NCBI GenBank assembly: GCA_963706025.1
Contig: CAVPLM010000014.1
Span: 64,001-128,000 of the forward strand
Direction: 5' to 3'
Source of the DNA: an uncultured Actinomycetes bacterium
GTDB lineage: Bacteria; Actinomycetota; Thermoleophilia; RBG-16-64-13
DNA: 64,000 nucleotides
This document shows, piece by piece, positions 54,547 through 64,000 of the stretch (positions within the stretch are counted from its first letter, which is position 1; each line of letters starts with the position of its first letter). The notes under the pieces are model-generated. The model searched no databases. It saw nothing but the letters and a program-made list of their open reading frames with translations, and had not been told where the DNA came from. A program made the translations under genes and the position numbers.

Positions 54547-54584
54547 GTATCGTCAAGTGCAACGGGCGTATTATCAAATGATAC
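54547..54584. promoter_or_regulatory. Tandem 17-bp operator, putative IclR sites, copy 2
   Basis: gtatcgtcaagtgcaac and gtattatcaaatgatac, 21 bp apart, immediately downstream of the -10 box. Confidence 0.6.
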
Positions 54585-54636
54585 ACATGGTTGAGTGTTT
54601 GCAGGTGCGAGTCCGTCGATCATTGCAGCTCGGGTG

Positions 54637-57175
54637 ATGAATACTAAGGCTCAGGTAGACACGGAGTGTTCCGAGCTTACGCCCGGCTCGGGGCCCGCCG
54701 CAGAGGTAGTATTCGTTGATGGCAGGAACGTCGCCGGCCCCTGGGACGGCCGGTCATGGGGAACGGCCCATCGGACCGTGCAGGAAGGGCTGGACGAGGC
54801 GACCAGGCGCATCGCAGCAGCGCAGGAGCGCTACCGACTCGGCTAGACCCGGAGAGGTTCTGAGTGCCGAGGTGTGGGTAGCTGCGGGTGTCTACAGACC
54901 TACCGACAGAGGCGACAGGACCGCCACCATCCGTTTGCACACAGGGGTCGGGCTGTACGGCGGCTTCACCGGGATGGAGACCGAGCGTGACCAGCGGGAC
55001 TGGAAAAGCAACGAGACCATCCTGAGCGGGGCCATCTCCGATGACCCCAAAGACCACTCGTACCATGTGGTGATCGGCGCCGACGATGCGGTCATCGACG
55101 GCTTCACTATCCGCGACGGCTACAACCTGCCCGAGGGACGCCCGCCCGCATCACATGAACCCCGGCCTGCTGCTCGAATCACGTGGTCGGGGCACCGGTG
55201 CGGGGATCCTCAACTTCCAATGCGCTCCGACGGTGCGTAACTGCCTGATATGCGACAACGTCGCTGCCAAGGGTGACGGCATGTACAGCATGGTCACCCG
55301 CGATTGGCCGGCGACGGGGGTGGAGAAAGCGCCCCTCGTGGAGAACTGCATCTTCGCCCGGAATCTCGCGGAAGGCAGGGGCGGGGCCGTTTCGAACGAT
55401 CTGGAGACCCATCCTACTTTCGTCTCCTGCGCCTTCGTGGAGAACCGGTGCAACGGTAAGGGTGGCGGCATGTACAACGACTTCGACTGCTCACCCTCGC
55501 TCGTCAACTGTCTGTTTGCCCGAAACGAAGCCATGAAGGGCGGCGGTATGGCCAACGACGGGCGCTCCAATCCCACCTTACAAACTGTACGTTTGCCCGG
55601 AACAATGCGCTGGACATGTACGGCGCGCTGTATAGCGGTACGGGTCCTACGAATGTCCCCAACGTGCCGGTTGTCACCAACTGCATATTCTGGGGCAACA
55701 CGGCCCATAGTGGGCCCAAAGAGATCGGCAATTGGCACGACTGCCGCACGGTCGTCTCGTACTCGTGCGTCGAAGGGGGGTACGCGGGCGAGGGCAACAT
55801 CGACGCCGACCCGCGCTTTATCGACCCTGACGGGGGCGACTTCCGCCTGGGACCGGGATCTCCCTGCATCGACTCGGGCCACGGTGGTTTCGCACCTCCA
55901 GCCGACCACGACGGCAACCCCCGCTACGATGACCGAGGCAGCCCCACCGGCCCGATGGCAAGGGTCCCTTTCATCGCCCCCGGTGCTCACCTGCCTGAGC
56001 CGTCCTTGGAAGCTCGGTTCCAGGCACCCGTGGACATGGGTGCCTTCGAACGACAGATCGATTCGGTGCGCGCCGGCGCTGAAGCGGAGGCCCCGCGGGG
56101 TGGGTCCGACCGGGTCGTCTACGTCAGCAGAGACAACATCGAGGGTCCGTGGGACGGGAGGTCCTGGGACACCGCGTACTCAGATCTACAGGAAGCGCTT
56201 GCCGACGCCTATCTGGGGGCGACCGAAGTGTGGGTGGCTGCTGGGATCTACCGGCCGGCCGAAGGCCATGACCGCACGGCCTCTTTCCGGCTCAAGGGAG
56301 GACTGGCCCTCTACGGCGGTTTTCGGGGAACCGAGACAGCTCGGGAACAGAGGAACTGGGCGGCAAACCGCACGGTGCTCTCCGGCGATCTCGGCAGCCC
56401 GCTGGGAAGGGGCGGCAATTCCTACCACGTGGTGATAGGGGCCGACGGGGCTTTCCTGGATGGCTTTGTGATCACCGGTGGAGAAGCCGACGGCGAGGGC
56501 ATCCATTCCCACGGAGGGGGGATGCTCAACTACAACGCCTGCTCGCCGGCCGTCTCCAACTGCCTTTTCACCGAGAACTACGCCGGGGAAGGCGGCGCCA
56601 TGTACAACTACAACCTTTCCTCCCCGGCTGTCACCGACTGCGAGTTCAGTGGCAACGAGGCGGCGAAGGGCGGGGCAATGGTGAACCGGGTTGGGGCCTC
56701 CCCAACCGTGGACCATTGCTCGTTCATCGGCAACCGGGCTGAGTGGCGGGGCGGCGCGATGCTTATCGACTACGGCTCGGGCCCGAGGGTCTCCGCTGGC
56801 GTCTTTGAGGGGAACCACTGTGGTGGCCACGGGGGCGGGGTCTTCCTGGAGAGCGTAGCAGCGCAACTCGGTATTGTCGGCACGCATTTCGACGGCTGTT
56901 CCTTCGTGACGAACTCAGCGGTGCTCCGAGGAGGAGCTCTGGCCTGCGCCGACGCGAGCAACCCGACCATCACCCGCTGCAGCTTCGAGGGCAACAGAGC
57001 TGGGAGCGGGGGAGGGGCCATCTCTAACGACTACTTCGTCACCTCAAAGGTTCAGGACTGCACGTTCGTAGGTAATATCGGCGGTGACGGACGTGCCGAC
57101 GTCGATACCGACCCAACGTCCACGGTGATCGGCTGGGGTGACGTGCTGCCGGACGGTGTTCTCGGAGGTTCTTGA
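54637..57175 (+). CDS. Right-handed parallel beta-helix (pectin-lyase-fold) protein with internal duplication, frameshifted
   Basis: Two copies of DGRSW.TA...EVWVAAG.YRP...LYGGF.G.ET...LSG...SYHVV; many F..N.A..GG(A/G)M repeats; NIDADPRF...SPCIDSG...DMGAFE; start uncertain. Confidence 0.8.
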
Positions 57176-58022
57176 TGGCCAAGGGCAGCGACACGACAAG
57201 CGGAATGCCGGAGAGTCCCAGCCGAAACGGCGGGCTCACGGAGCGCGGTAGCGACGACGTTTTCCAAGTCCGGGCTCTTTCGCGCGGACTGCGCATACTC
57301 GCGCTCTTTACATTGGATAATCCTGAGTGGAGCCTGAGCGACTTGACTCGGCGAACCGGTCTTCACAAGGCCACCACTTACCGTATGACGAGGACCATGG
57401 AGGCCGAAGGATTCCTGGTGTTCGATGCGCACCTCGGGAAGTACCATCTAGGTCCGGCCACGATCCCTCTGAGCTTCCTGGCCTCGTCGCAATCGGAGCT
57501 GCTCCGGCTGGCTCGTCCCTATCTCGAGGAGTTGGCGGAGTTGACAGGCGAGACCAGCAATCTGGCCGTGGAGGTGGAAGGCAGTATCGTAGTAATTGGG
57601 CAAGTGCTCACTTCGCATCCATTCAAGCCCACACTGCCTTTGGGACGGGTGCTCAATGATCTCGCCAATGCTCATGGAAAGCTCTTCGCGGCCTTCAAGC
57701 CCGAAGCCGAGAGAGCCCGGATCCTTTCTCTACCTCAAGTGAAGCTCACCCCCAAAACGGTCACCGACCCGGTTGAGATTGCGGCTCAACTGACCCAGGT
57801 CGCTACAGATGGGGTGGCCTTCGATCTCGAGGAGCACGGCCTCGGTATCTATGCTGTGGCCGCGCCCGTGCGAAACCAGAGCGGCGACGTAAAGGCCACC
57901 CTCTCGGTGGTCGCGCCCAAGGAGAGATTCGGCGCCTCAGGAGAAGAAGAAGTATGTCCAGGCTGTGAAGACGCGTGGCGGCGTCGTTCTCCGCCTACCT
58001 GGGCTATCCTGGCGGCAAATGA
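57175..58022 (+). CDS. IclR-family transcriptional regulator (3' frameshift)
   Basis: VRALSRGLRIL...SLSDLTRRTGLHKATTYR, TGETSNLA, AHGK, E...GIYAVAAPV. Confidence 0.88.
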
Positions 58023-58112
58023 GGCCACTTCTGGGTCGCCGAGTCTTGTGGGTTTGTCCCTGAGTCTCCGGAGACGATGGTACTCTGACTGCATATCAGA
58101 GAGGGGATGCAT

Positions 58113-58682
58113 ATGGACCAGGATGACGTTTCGATCCTCGGCATCGCCGGCAGCCTGCGCCAGGCTTCTTACAACCGGGGGCTGTTGCGGGCGGCGGCGG
58201 AAGTGCTGCCTCCTGGAGTGAGCCTCGATATCCTCACGCTTGACGACATCCCGTTGTTCAGCGCCGACGTCATGGCCGGGGGCGACCCACCGTCTGTCCA
58301 TGAACTGAAGGAGCGCATTCGTGCGGCCGACGCCCTGCTCATCGCCACTCCGGAGTACAACTACTCCATACCGGGGGTGCTGAAGAACGCCGTGGACTGG
58401 GCTTCGCGACCCTCGAAGAACAGCGTCCTTCGCGGCAAGCCTATCGGGATCATGGGGGCGTCGGGCGGAGACAGCGGGACCATCCGCTCCCAGATGGCGC
58501 TGCGCCAGGTGTTCATCCAGACGAACTCGCTCGTCATGGTGCAGCCGGAGTTACGGGTTGCCCAAGCGGGGGCGAAGTTCGATGCCGCTGGCAACCTCGT
58601 GGACGCGGAGCTGCGCGAGCGGCTCCGCGCCTTCGTGGCGGCTCTGGTGGACTGGGCGCGGCTGGTGGGCAGCCGGGCCTGA
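58113..58682 (+). CDS. NADPH-dependent FMN reductase (ChrR/SsuE-like)
   Basis: GSLRQASYN, ATPEYNYSIPGVLKNAVDWASR. Confidence 0.92.
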   Translation: MDQDDVSILGIAGSLRQASYNRGLLRAAAEVLPPGVSLDILTLDDIPLFSADVMAGGDPPSVHELKERIRAADALLIATPEYNYSIPGVLKNAVDWASRPSKNSVLRGKPIGIMGASGGDSGTIRSQMALRQVFIQTNSLVMVQPELRVAQAGAKFDAAGNLVDAELRERLRAFVAALVDWARLVGSRA

Positions 58683-58884
58683 GCCCCGCGCCGGCGAGAC
58701 GTCGGGGCGTTCCGCCGCCGGTCTGGGTGCCTGTGCATGCCGAGCGCCGGGTCCCGCCGCGTGCCCGGGCTCCGACCGGCTACGCCCGGCTCGCATCCGG
58801 GGCGCCCCGCGGCCTGCCCCATGGACCATCCTCGCCGACGCGTAGTATGCTTCTTGGAGTCGCGCGCCAAGCAAAGGAGGTCCC

Positions 58885-59928
58885 ATGAACGTCGCTATCC
58901 TCACCGGGGGTGGGGACTGCCCGGGCTTGAATGCAGTCATCCGAGCCATCGTCCGCAAAGGCATAGGTGACTACGGCTGGGAGCTCACCGGTGTCCGCAT
59001 GGGCTGGCGAGGGCTCCTGGAGAAGGACACCTGTCCCCTCGATCTGGAAGCGGTGAGCGGCATCCTCCACGTGGGCGGCACCATCCTCGGCACCTCTCGC
59101 ACCAACCCCTCAAAGGTCGAGGGAGGCCCGGAGACGGTGGTCAAGAACCTGGCCGAGCTGGGCATCGATGCCCTCATCGCCATCGGCGGCGACGACACCC
59201 TGAGCGTGGCGAAGCGTCTTCACGAAGATCTGGGCGTCCATGTGATCGGCGTGCCCAAGACCATCGACAACGATCTCTCCGGCACCGACTACACCTTCGG
59301 TTTCGATACCGCCGTCTCCATTGCCACCGATGCCATCGACCGTCTGCACACGACGGCCGCGTCTCATCACCGGGTCATGGTGGTGGAGGTCATGGGCCGC
59401 CACGCCGGCTGGATAGCCCTCATGAGCGGCATTGCCGGAGGAGCCGATGTCATCCTCCTCCCCGAGTTCCCGATGACGGTGGAAGACGTGTGTGACCTGA
59501 TCGAGTCCCGGGCCGCCCGGGGCAAGCCTTTCAGTGTGGTCTGCGTCAGCGAAGGGGCCAAGATCCTGTGGAGGTCGGGCGAGCAGAAAGAGGTCCTGGC
59601 CTCCGATGAGGTCGATGCCTTCGGCCACGTGAAGCTGGGAGGAGTAGGGAGCGTCCTCGCTCGCGAAATCAAGCGCCTCACCGGGCGGGAAGTGCGGGAG
59701 ACCACCCTGGGCTACATCCAACGGGGCGGATCCCCGACCGCTCACGACCGCATCCTCGGCACGCGCTTCGGGTTCAAGGCCGCTCAGATGGTCGCCGCCG
59801 GCCAGTGGGGCATGATGGCCGGGCTCAAAGGTGATGAGATCGTGTCGGTGCCCCTCGCGGAGGCCGTCTCCGCCTGGAAGCTGGTCCCCGAAGACATGTG
59901 GGAGCTGGCCCGGGTCTTCTTCGGCTAG
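58885..59928 (+). CDS. pfkA: 6-phosphofructokinase (group III)
   Basis: TGGGDCPGLN, GGTILGTSR, GGDDT, PKTIDND, EVMGRHAGW, QRGG. Confidence 0.92.
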   Translation: MNVAILTGGGDCPGLNAVIRAIVRKGIGDYGWELTGVRMGWRGLLEKDTCPLDLEAVSGILHVGGTILGTSRTNPSKVEGGPETVVKNLAELGIDALIAIGGDDTLSVAKRLHEDLGVHVIGVPKTIDNDLSGTDYTFGFDTAVSIATDAIDRLHTTAASHHRVMVVEVMGRHAGWIALMSGIAGGADVILLPEFPMTVEDVCDLIESRAARGKPFSVVCVSEGAKILWRSGEQKEVLASDEVDAFGHVKLGGVGSVLAREIKRLTGREVRETTLGYIQRGGSPTAHDRILGTRFGFKAAQMVAAGQWGMMAGLKGDEIVSVPLAEAVSAWKLVPEDMWELARVFFG

Positions 59929-60003
59929 GGGCAGGCGTCCCGACGACAGGGGAACGGCCGGCTGCGACAACCGCCCAGAAGACGATGAGGGCGGAGGTGG
60001 TCG

Positions 60004-60717
60004 TCATTCTTGTGGTCTATCGAGCTCGATGCCCGCAGCGCCCTGCTTGTCGCGAGGCCTGTTCTTCATCGCGCTCCAGATCTGTTTTGCTCCGGAAAGC
60101 ACGGCCAAAGCCAGGGCTAACCAGAGCAGGTAGACGGAGATGGTCTCCAGAGTCTCCAGTTCGAGGAAGCTGGCGACGAGGAACAACAGCAATGCCAGGC
60201 TCTGTACCACCATCTTGGTCTTGCCGATGTAATTGGCCCCCCGCGCCTTGCCGGTCCGGACGTAGACGCCGACTCCGATCGCGCTCATCACCAATTCGAG
60301 GATGACGAAGACCACCATGATCCGGACCACCAGGTACTCCCAGCCGACCCAGGCCAGCACCCCCCCGATGAGCAGCTTGTCGGCTATGGGGTCGATGTAG
60401 GTGCCCAATTGCGTGATCTGATCGCGGGTGCGGGCCATCGCCCCGTCGATGAAGTCGGTGCAGATCGCCAGGACGAACACGCCGAGGGCCCACCAGCGAT
60501 GGTCGTAGTAGAGGAGGACCAGGATCACCGGGATGAGGATGAACCTGGCTACGGTGACCTGGTTGGGGCGCACCGACCGAGGAAAGAGCCTCAGCCACGT
60601 TTTCTCGACCAGTCTGTCGGTGAACTGCTGAAAGGCGGGGGTCGGCGCTCCCTGGACGGGAATTCCGGCCCCCTTGGAGCCGTCGTCGAGTTCCGAGTGG
60701 TCTACCGCTTCGTGCAT
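60004..60717 (-). CDS. CDP-alcohol phosphatidyltransferase (PgsA-like)
   Basis: PNQVT.AR, TDFIDGAMAR...GTYIDPIADK. Confidence 0.88.
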   Translation of the reverse strand: MHEAVDHSELDDGSKGAGIPVQGAPTPAFQQFTDRLVEKTWLRLFPRSVRPNQVTVARFILIPVILVLLYYDHRWWALGVFVLAICTDFIDGAMARTRDQITQLGTYIDPIADKLLIGGVLAWVGWEYLVVRIMVVFVILELVMSAIGVGVYVRTGKARGANYIGKTKMVVQSLALLLFLVASFLELETLETISVYLLWLALALAVLSGAKQIWSAMKNRPRDKQGAAGIELDRPQE

Positions 60718-60868
60718 GCTGGCATCCTACTGCCCGAAATAGAATCTGTCGACCGGCGTGGGGGTGGCGTAGGCATGCCGCGGGTCACTCAGTGCGCCGG
60801 GCCCCCGGGGGCCCTGTGTTAATATGGCCCGCGGCAAATGAATACTTATACAGCTCCGGGAGCAACAC

Positions 60869-62326
60869 ATGAAGACACCTGATCTCAGCCTCTCCGACCT
60901 CGGTTCGTATTTCCCCGACGACTTCACTCCCGAGCAGCGGGCGAAGGCGCAGACCGTGTTCCTCAAAGAGCTCGCGGCCAGCGCCCACAAGTTCTACCGG
61001 GGCAAGATGGTCAGCATGCCCAAAGCGGGCATCTACGGCTTCAACTGGTTCAACGTCTACTACACGCCCGGCGTCTCCATGGTCTCCACGTCCATCCGCG
61101 ACGACAACGACGCCTCGTTCGATCTCAGCAACCGGGGCAATCTGGTGGCCGTGGTCAGCGACTCGACCCGGGTGCTCGGTGACGGCGACGTTACCCCTCC
61201 CGGAGGCCTGGGGGTGATGGAGGGCAAGGCCTTCCTCATGAAGTACCTAGGCGGCGTGGACGGCGTGGCGCTTTGCATCAACAGCTACAACAAAGAGGGC
61301 AAGCACGATCCCGACAAGATCATCGATTTTGTAAGAATGCTCGAGCCCAGTTTCGGTGCCGTCAACCTGGAGGACATCTCCCAGCCCAACTGCTTCAAGG
61401 TGCTGGATACCTTGCGCGAGGAGTGCGACATCCCCGTGTGGCACGATGACGCCCAGGGCACGGCCAGCGTGACCTTGGCCGGGCTCATCAACGCCCTGCG
61501 GGTGGTCGGCAAGGAGCTCAAGGAAGCCAAGATCGTCCTCCTGGGCGCCGGCGCCGCCAACAGCACGGCGGCGCGACTGCTCCTGGCCGACGGAGTCGAT
61601 CCGGACAGGATGATCGTCTTCGACAGCAAGGGCGGTCTGCACAAGGGCCGCGACGACGTCAAGGCCGACACCGCCTTCTACCGCAAATGGGAGATCTGCG
61701 AGGCCACCAACCCGAAGCGCATCGACACCGAGGAGGAAGCGCTCAAGGGCGCCGACGTCATCATCGCTGCTTCCAAGCCGGGTCCCGGCACTATCAAGCC
61801 CGAGTGGATCAGCTCCATGGGTCCCAAGTCGATCGTGTTCGCCTGCGCCAACCCGGTACCGGAGATCTATCCCTACGCCGCCAAGGAAGCGGGTGCCTAC
61901 GTGGTGGCGACCGGACGGGGCGACTTCCCCAACCAGGTGAACAACTCCATCGGCTTCCCGGGCATACTCAAGGGCGCCCTCATGGTGCGGGCCCGCAAGA
62001 TCACCGACGAGATGGCCATCGCCGCCGCCCATTCGGTCGCCGACTTCGCCGACAAGAAGAAGGGCATCAACCCCGACTACATCATGCCCACCATGCAGGA
62101 GACGGAGGTCTTCGCTATGGAAGCGGCCGATGTGGCCATGCAGGCCATCAAGGATGGGGTGGCCCGCATCGAGCTGTCGTGGGACGAGGTCTACAAGACC
62201 ACCCTGGCCGACATCAACGAGACCCGATCGATCATCGACCTGCTGCAGAAGAACGAGTTCATCAAAGCCCCCGACCTGAAGATGCTGGAAGAGGCGCGCG
62301 ACAAGGCGGTCGCCGCGGTCAGCTGA
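60869..62326 (+). CDS. NAD(P)-dependent malic enzyme
   Basis: YTPGV, GVMEGKA, NLEDI, HDDAQGTA, GAGAAN, ANPVPEI, ATGRGDFPNQVNN. Confidence 0.93.
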   Translation: MKTPDLSLSDLGSYFPDDFTPEQRAKAQTVFLKELAASAHKFYRGKMVSMPKAGIYGFNWFNVYYTPGVSMVSTSIRDDNDASFDLSNRGNLVAVVSDSTRVLGDGDVTPPGGLGVMEGKAFLMKYLGGVDGVALCINSYNKEGKHDPDKIIDFVRMLEPSFGAVNLEDISQPNCFKVLDTLREECDIPVWHDDAQGTASVTLAGLINALRVVGKELKEAKIVLLGAGAANSTAARLLLADGVDPDRMIVFDSKGGLHKGRDDVKADTAFYRKWEICEATNPKRIDTEEEALKGADVIIAASKPGPGTIKPEWISSMGPKSIVFACANPVPEIYPYAAKEAGAYVVATGRGDFPNQVNNSIGFPGILKGALMVRARKITDEMAIAAAHSVADFADKKKGINPDYIMPTMQETEVFAMEAADVAMQAIKDGVARIELSWDEVYKTTLADINETRSIIDLLQKNEFIKAPDLKMLEEARDKAVAAVS

Positions 62327-62437
62327 TAAGTCACTCGGGGTGCCCCGCAGGTCGCCGAGGCCGTGCGCGCCCGGCGGTGCAGCTACGCTCGCCGTTCGCC
62401 GGCGCCGCTCGATCTGCTTGGAGATGGGGAAGTGCAG

Positions 62438-63723
62438 ATGACCGGATTCCTGGTCCTGGGTGCGCTCGTCGTGGTGTATGCGCTGGCGGCGGCACGAATC
62501 GAATACTTGCACATAACCGGCCCCATCGTCTTCGTGGTGGTGGGCTTCATTCTCGGCTCCGGCGGGACATCCGTGATCGAGCTTGGAACGGGCTCTGAGA
62601 TCGTGCGCGTGACTGCCTCCGTCACCCTTGCCCTGCTGCTGTTCTCGGATGCGGCGACCATCAAGCCCCGCGTCGTGGCCCAAGACGCGGGGATCATCAC
62701 TCGTCTCCTGATGCTTGGTCTGCCGCTGACGATCGCACTGGGCTCGGGGGTCGCATGGCTTGTAGTGCCTGCTCTGAGCATAGGAGTGTGTGCACTGCTG
62801 GCTTCCATCCTGGCGCCGACCGATCTCTCTCTTGGTCTCGCCATGTTCAAGAATCCTCGGGTACCGGAAGTGGTAAGGGGAGCCATCAATGTAGAGAGCG
62901 GGTTGAACGATGGCATCGCTGCTCCTCTGGTCACCCTGTTCATCGGGGTGGCGGTAGCCGAATTCGAGCACGTGAGCAGTCCGGCTGTGGAAGCGATCGT
63001 CGAGATCGCCATCGGTGTCGGGGTCGGCGGGGCCATCGGAGTCGTCGGGGGGTTGCTGCTTCGTCTCTCCCGGCGCGCCCACTGGTCTTCGGTAGCCTCC
63101 CGCCAATTCGCCGCGTTGGCTCTGGTCATTCTGGCGTATGGGGTGGCCGTGGTGATACATGGCAATGGTTTCATCGCCGCCTTCGTTGGAGGATTGGCCT
63201 TCGGGATGATGGCCCGCGAGGCCGCTCACGAGGCCGTGGAGTTCTCAGAGAGGGCGGGCACCCTACTCACGTTCGCCGTCTGGTTCATCTTCGGCACTGC
63301 GGTGGCCCCTGTCATCATTTCCGAAGGACTCTCCTGGAGACCCATCCTGTACGCGGTGCTCAGCCTGACCTTCGTCCGCATGGTGCCGGTGGCGTTGTCC
63401 CTTCTGGGAAAGAAGCTGCATGGCTCGACGTTGCTCTTTGTGGGATGGTTCGGGCCGAGGGGACTGGCCAGCGTGGTGTTCCTGATCCTTGCGCTCCAGG
63501 GGTTGAAAGAGGCCGGGATGGACACGACGCTCCTGGCCACTACGGCCGGTTGGACCATCTTATTGAGCGTCATCCTGCATGGGATATCGGCCGGCCCTGT
63601 CGCCGCCTGGTACGGCGCCCGGGTCCAGAAGTTCGCGCCCGACAGCCCGGAGTTGGAGCCTACTACCAAGTCGCTGTGCGACACGGGCTCGCGATGCCGA
63701 CATCGTCTCATCAGGAGGACTAG
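62438..63723 (+). CDS. CPA1-family cation:proton antiporter
   Basis: LAPTD, NVESGLNDG, FGPRGLAS, many TM helices; 3' end uncertain (63723 if an indel near 63670, otherwise 63781). Confidence 0.88.
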
Positions 63724-63834
63724 CCGTCCGCTCTCCAGAACGCGTTTTCTTTCTACGCCGCCGCGGTATTCAAGAAGTTGACCGGATATCATGACGCTGG
63801 TGGTGGTCAGCTACTAGGTCTCGAGGAGGTCCGC

Positions 63835-64000
63835 ATGTTCTTTCCGTCTTGGGGCTGGGATTCGGATTGGGGCTGGGGGTGGGGCTGGGTCGCCGCCGTC
63901 GGCGGGATCATCTTGCTGGGAATATTCCTGGTGCCCTGGTTCTTCTTCCTGCTCAACCTGCAGAACACGCTCAACAGGGTGAGCGATAGCAACCGAGCTA
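63835..64000 (+). CDS. Membrane protein, partial (runs off the window)
   Basis: GAGGAGG RBS; MFFPSWGWDSDWGWGWGWVAAVGGIILLGIFLVPWFFFLLNLQNTLNRVS... Confidence 0.65.
   Translation, partial: MFFPSWGWDSDWGWGWGWVAAVGGIILLGIFLVPWFFFLLNLQNTLNRVSDSNRA

Noticed and set aside
16700-58000. Programmed frameshifting or selenocysteine/pyrrolysine recoding
   Set aside because: The shifts are scattered with no consistent slippery motif, and the internal stops I checked resolve by single-base indels. I saw no in-frame TGA at a catalytic position.
61247-63229. 660-aa minus-strand ORF, and other long antisense ORFs (e.g. 3035-4297, 45198-46517, 48310-49650)
   Set aside because: Shadow ORFs opposite well-supported genes, as expected in high-GC DNA. 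They contain no recognisable motifs.
1-64000. Mobile elements, tRNA or rRNA genes, att sites
   Set aside because: No transposase or integrase ORFs and no recognisable structural RNA sequences found by eye.

Overview
High-GC bacterial DNA. The Thr-rich lipoprotein linkers and gene content suggest an uncultured anaerobic actinobacterium (Thermoleophilia-like; inference only). Many genes between about 13.9 and 58 kb carry single-base indels, most likely long-read assembly errors. There are four blocks. (1) 1-12.1 kb is a cell-surface glycan locus: two GT4 glycosyltransferases, two radical SAM enzymes (one fused to a double cupin), a GNAT, an ABC exporter, a ThDP enzyme, an SDR and a hexapeptide-repeat protein. 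(2) 12.4-39.3 kb is an anaerobic aromatic/polyphenol catabolic cluster: DUF362, TetR, thiolase, LDH/MDH-like enzyme, OYE flavoenzyme, aryl-acid CoA ligase, a four-subunit 2-oxoacid:ferredoxin oxidoreductase, LIV-type ABC importer, two Zn-ADHs, VOC protein, Zn-ribbon protein, split transketolase, cyclase, and a pyrogallol-phloroglucinol transhydroxylase-like Mo enzyme. A shared GTTGGT-N8-ACCAAC palindrome links its two ends. (3) 39.6-58.0 kb is an IclR-associated catabolic island that I cannot match to a described pathway: two paralogous amidohydrolases bracketing a Dpp-type ABC importer, two AprAB-like flavoprotein/ferredoxin pairs, a DUF1566 protein and an MBL hydrolase, followed by a duplicated beta-helix protein. 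The same tandem 17-bp operator follows both of its promoters. (4) 58.1-64 kb is housekeeping: FMN reductase, PFK, CDP-alcohol phosphatidyltransferase, malic enzyme and a CPA1 antiporter. I saw no rRNA, tRNA, CRISPR array or mobile element.
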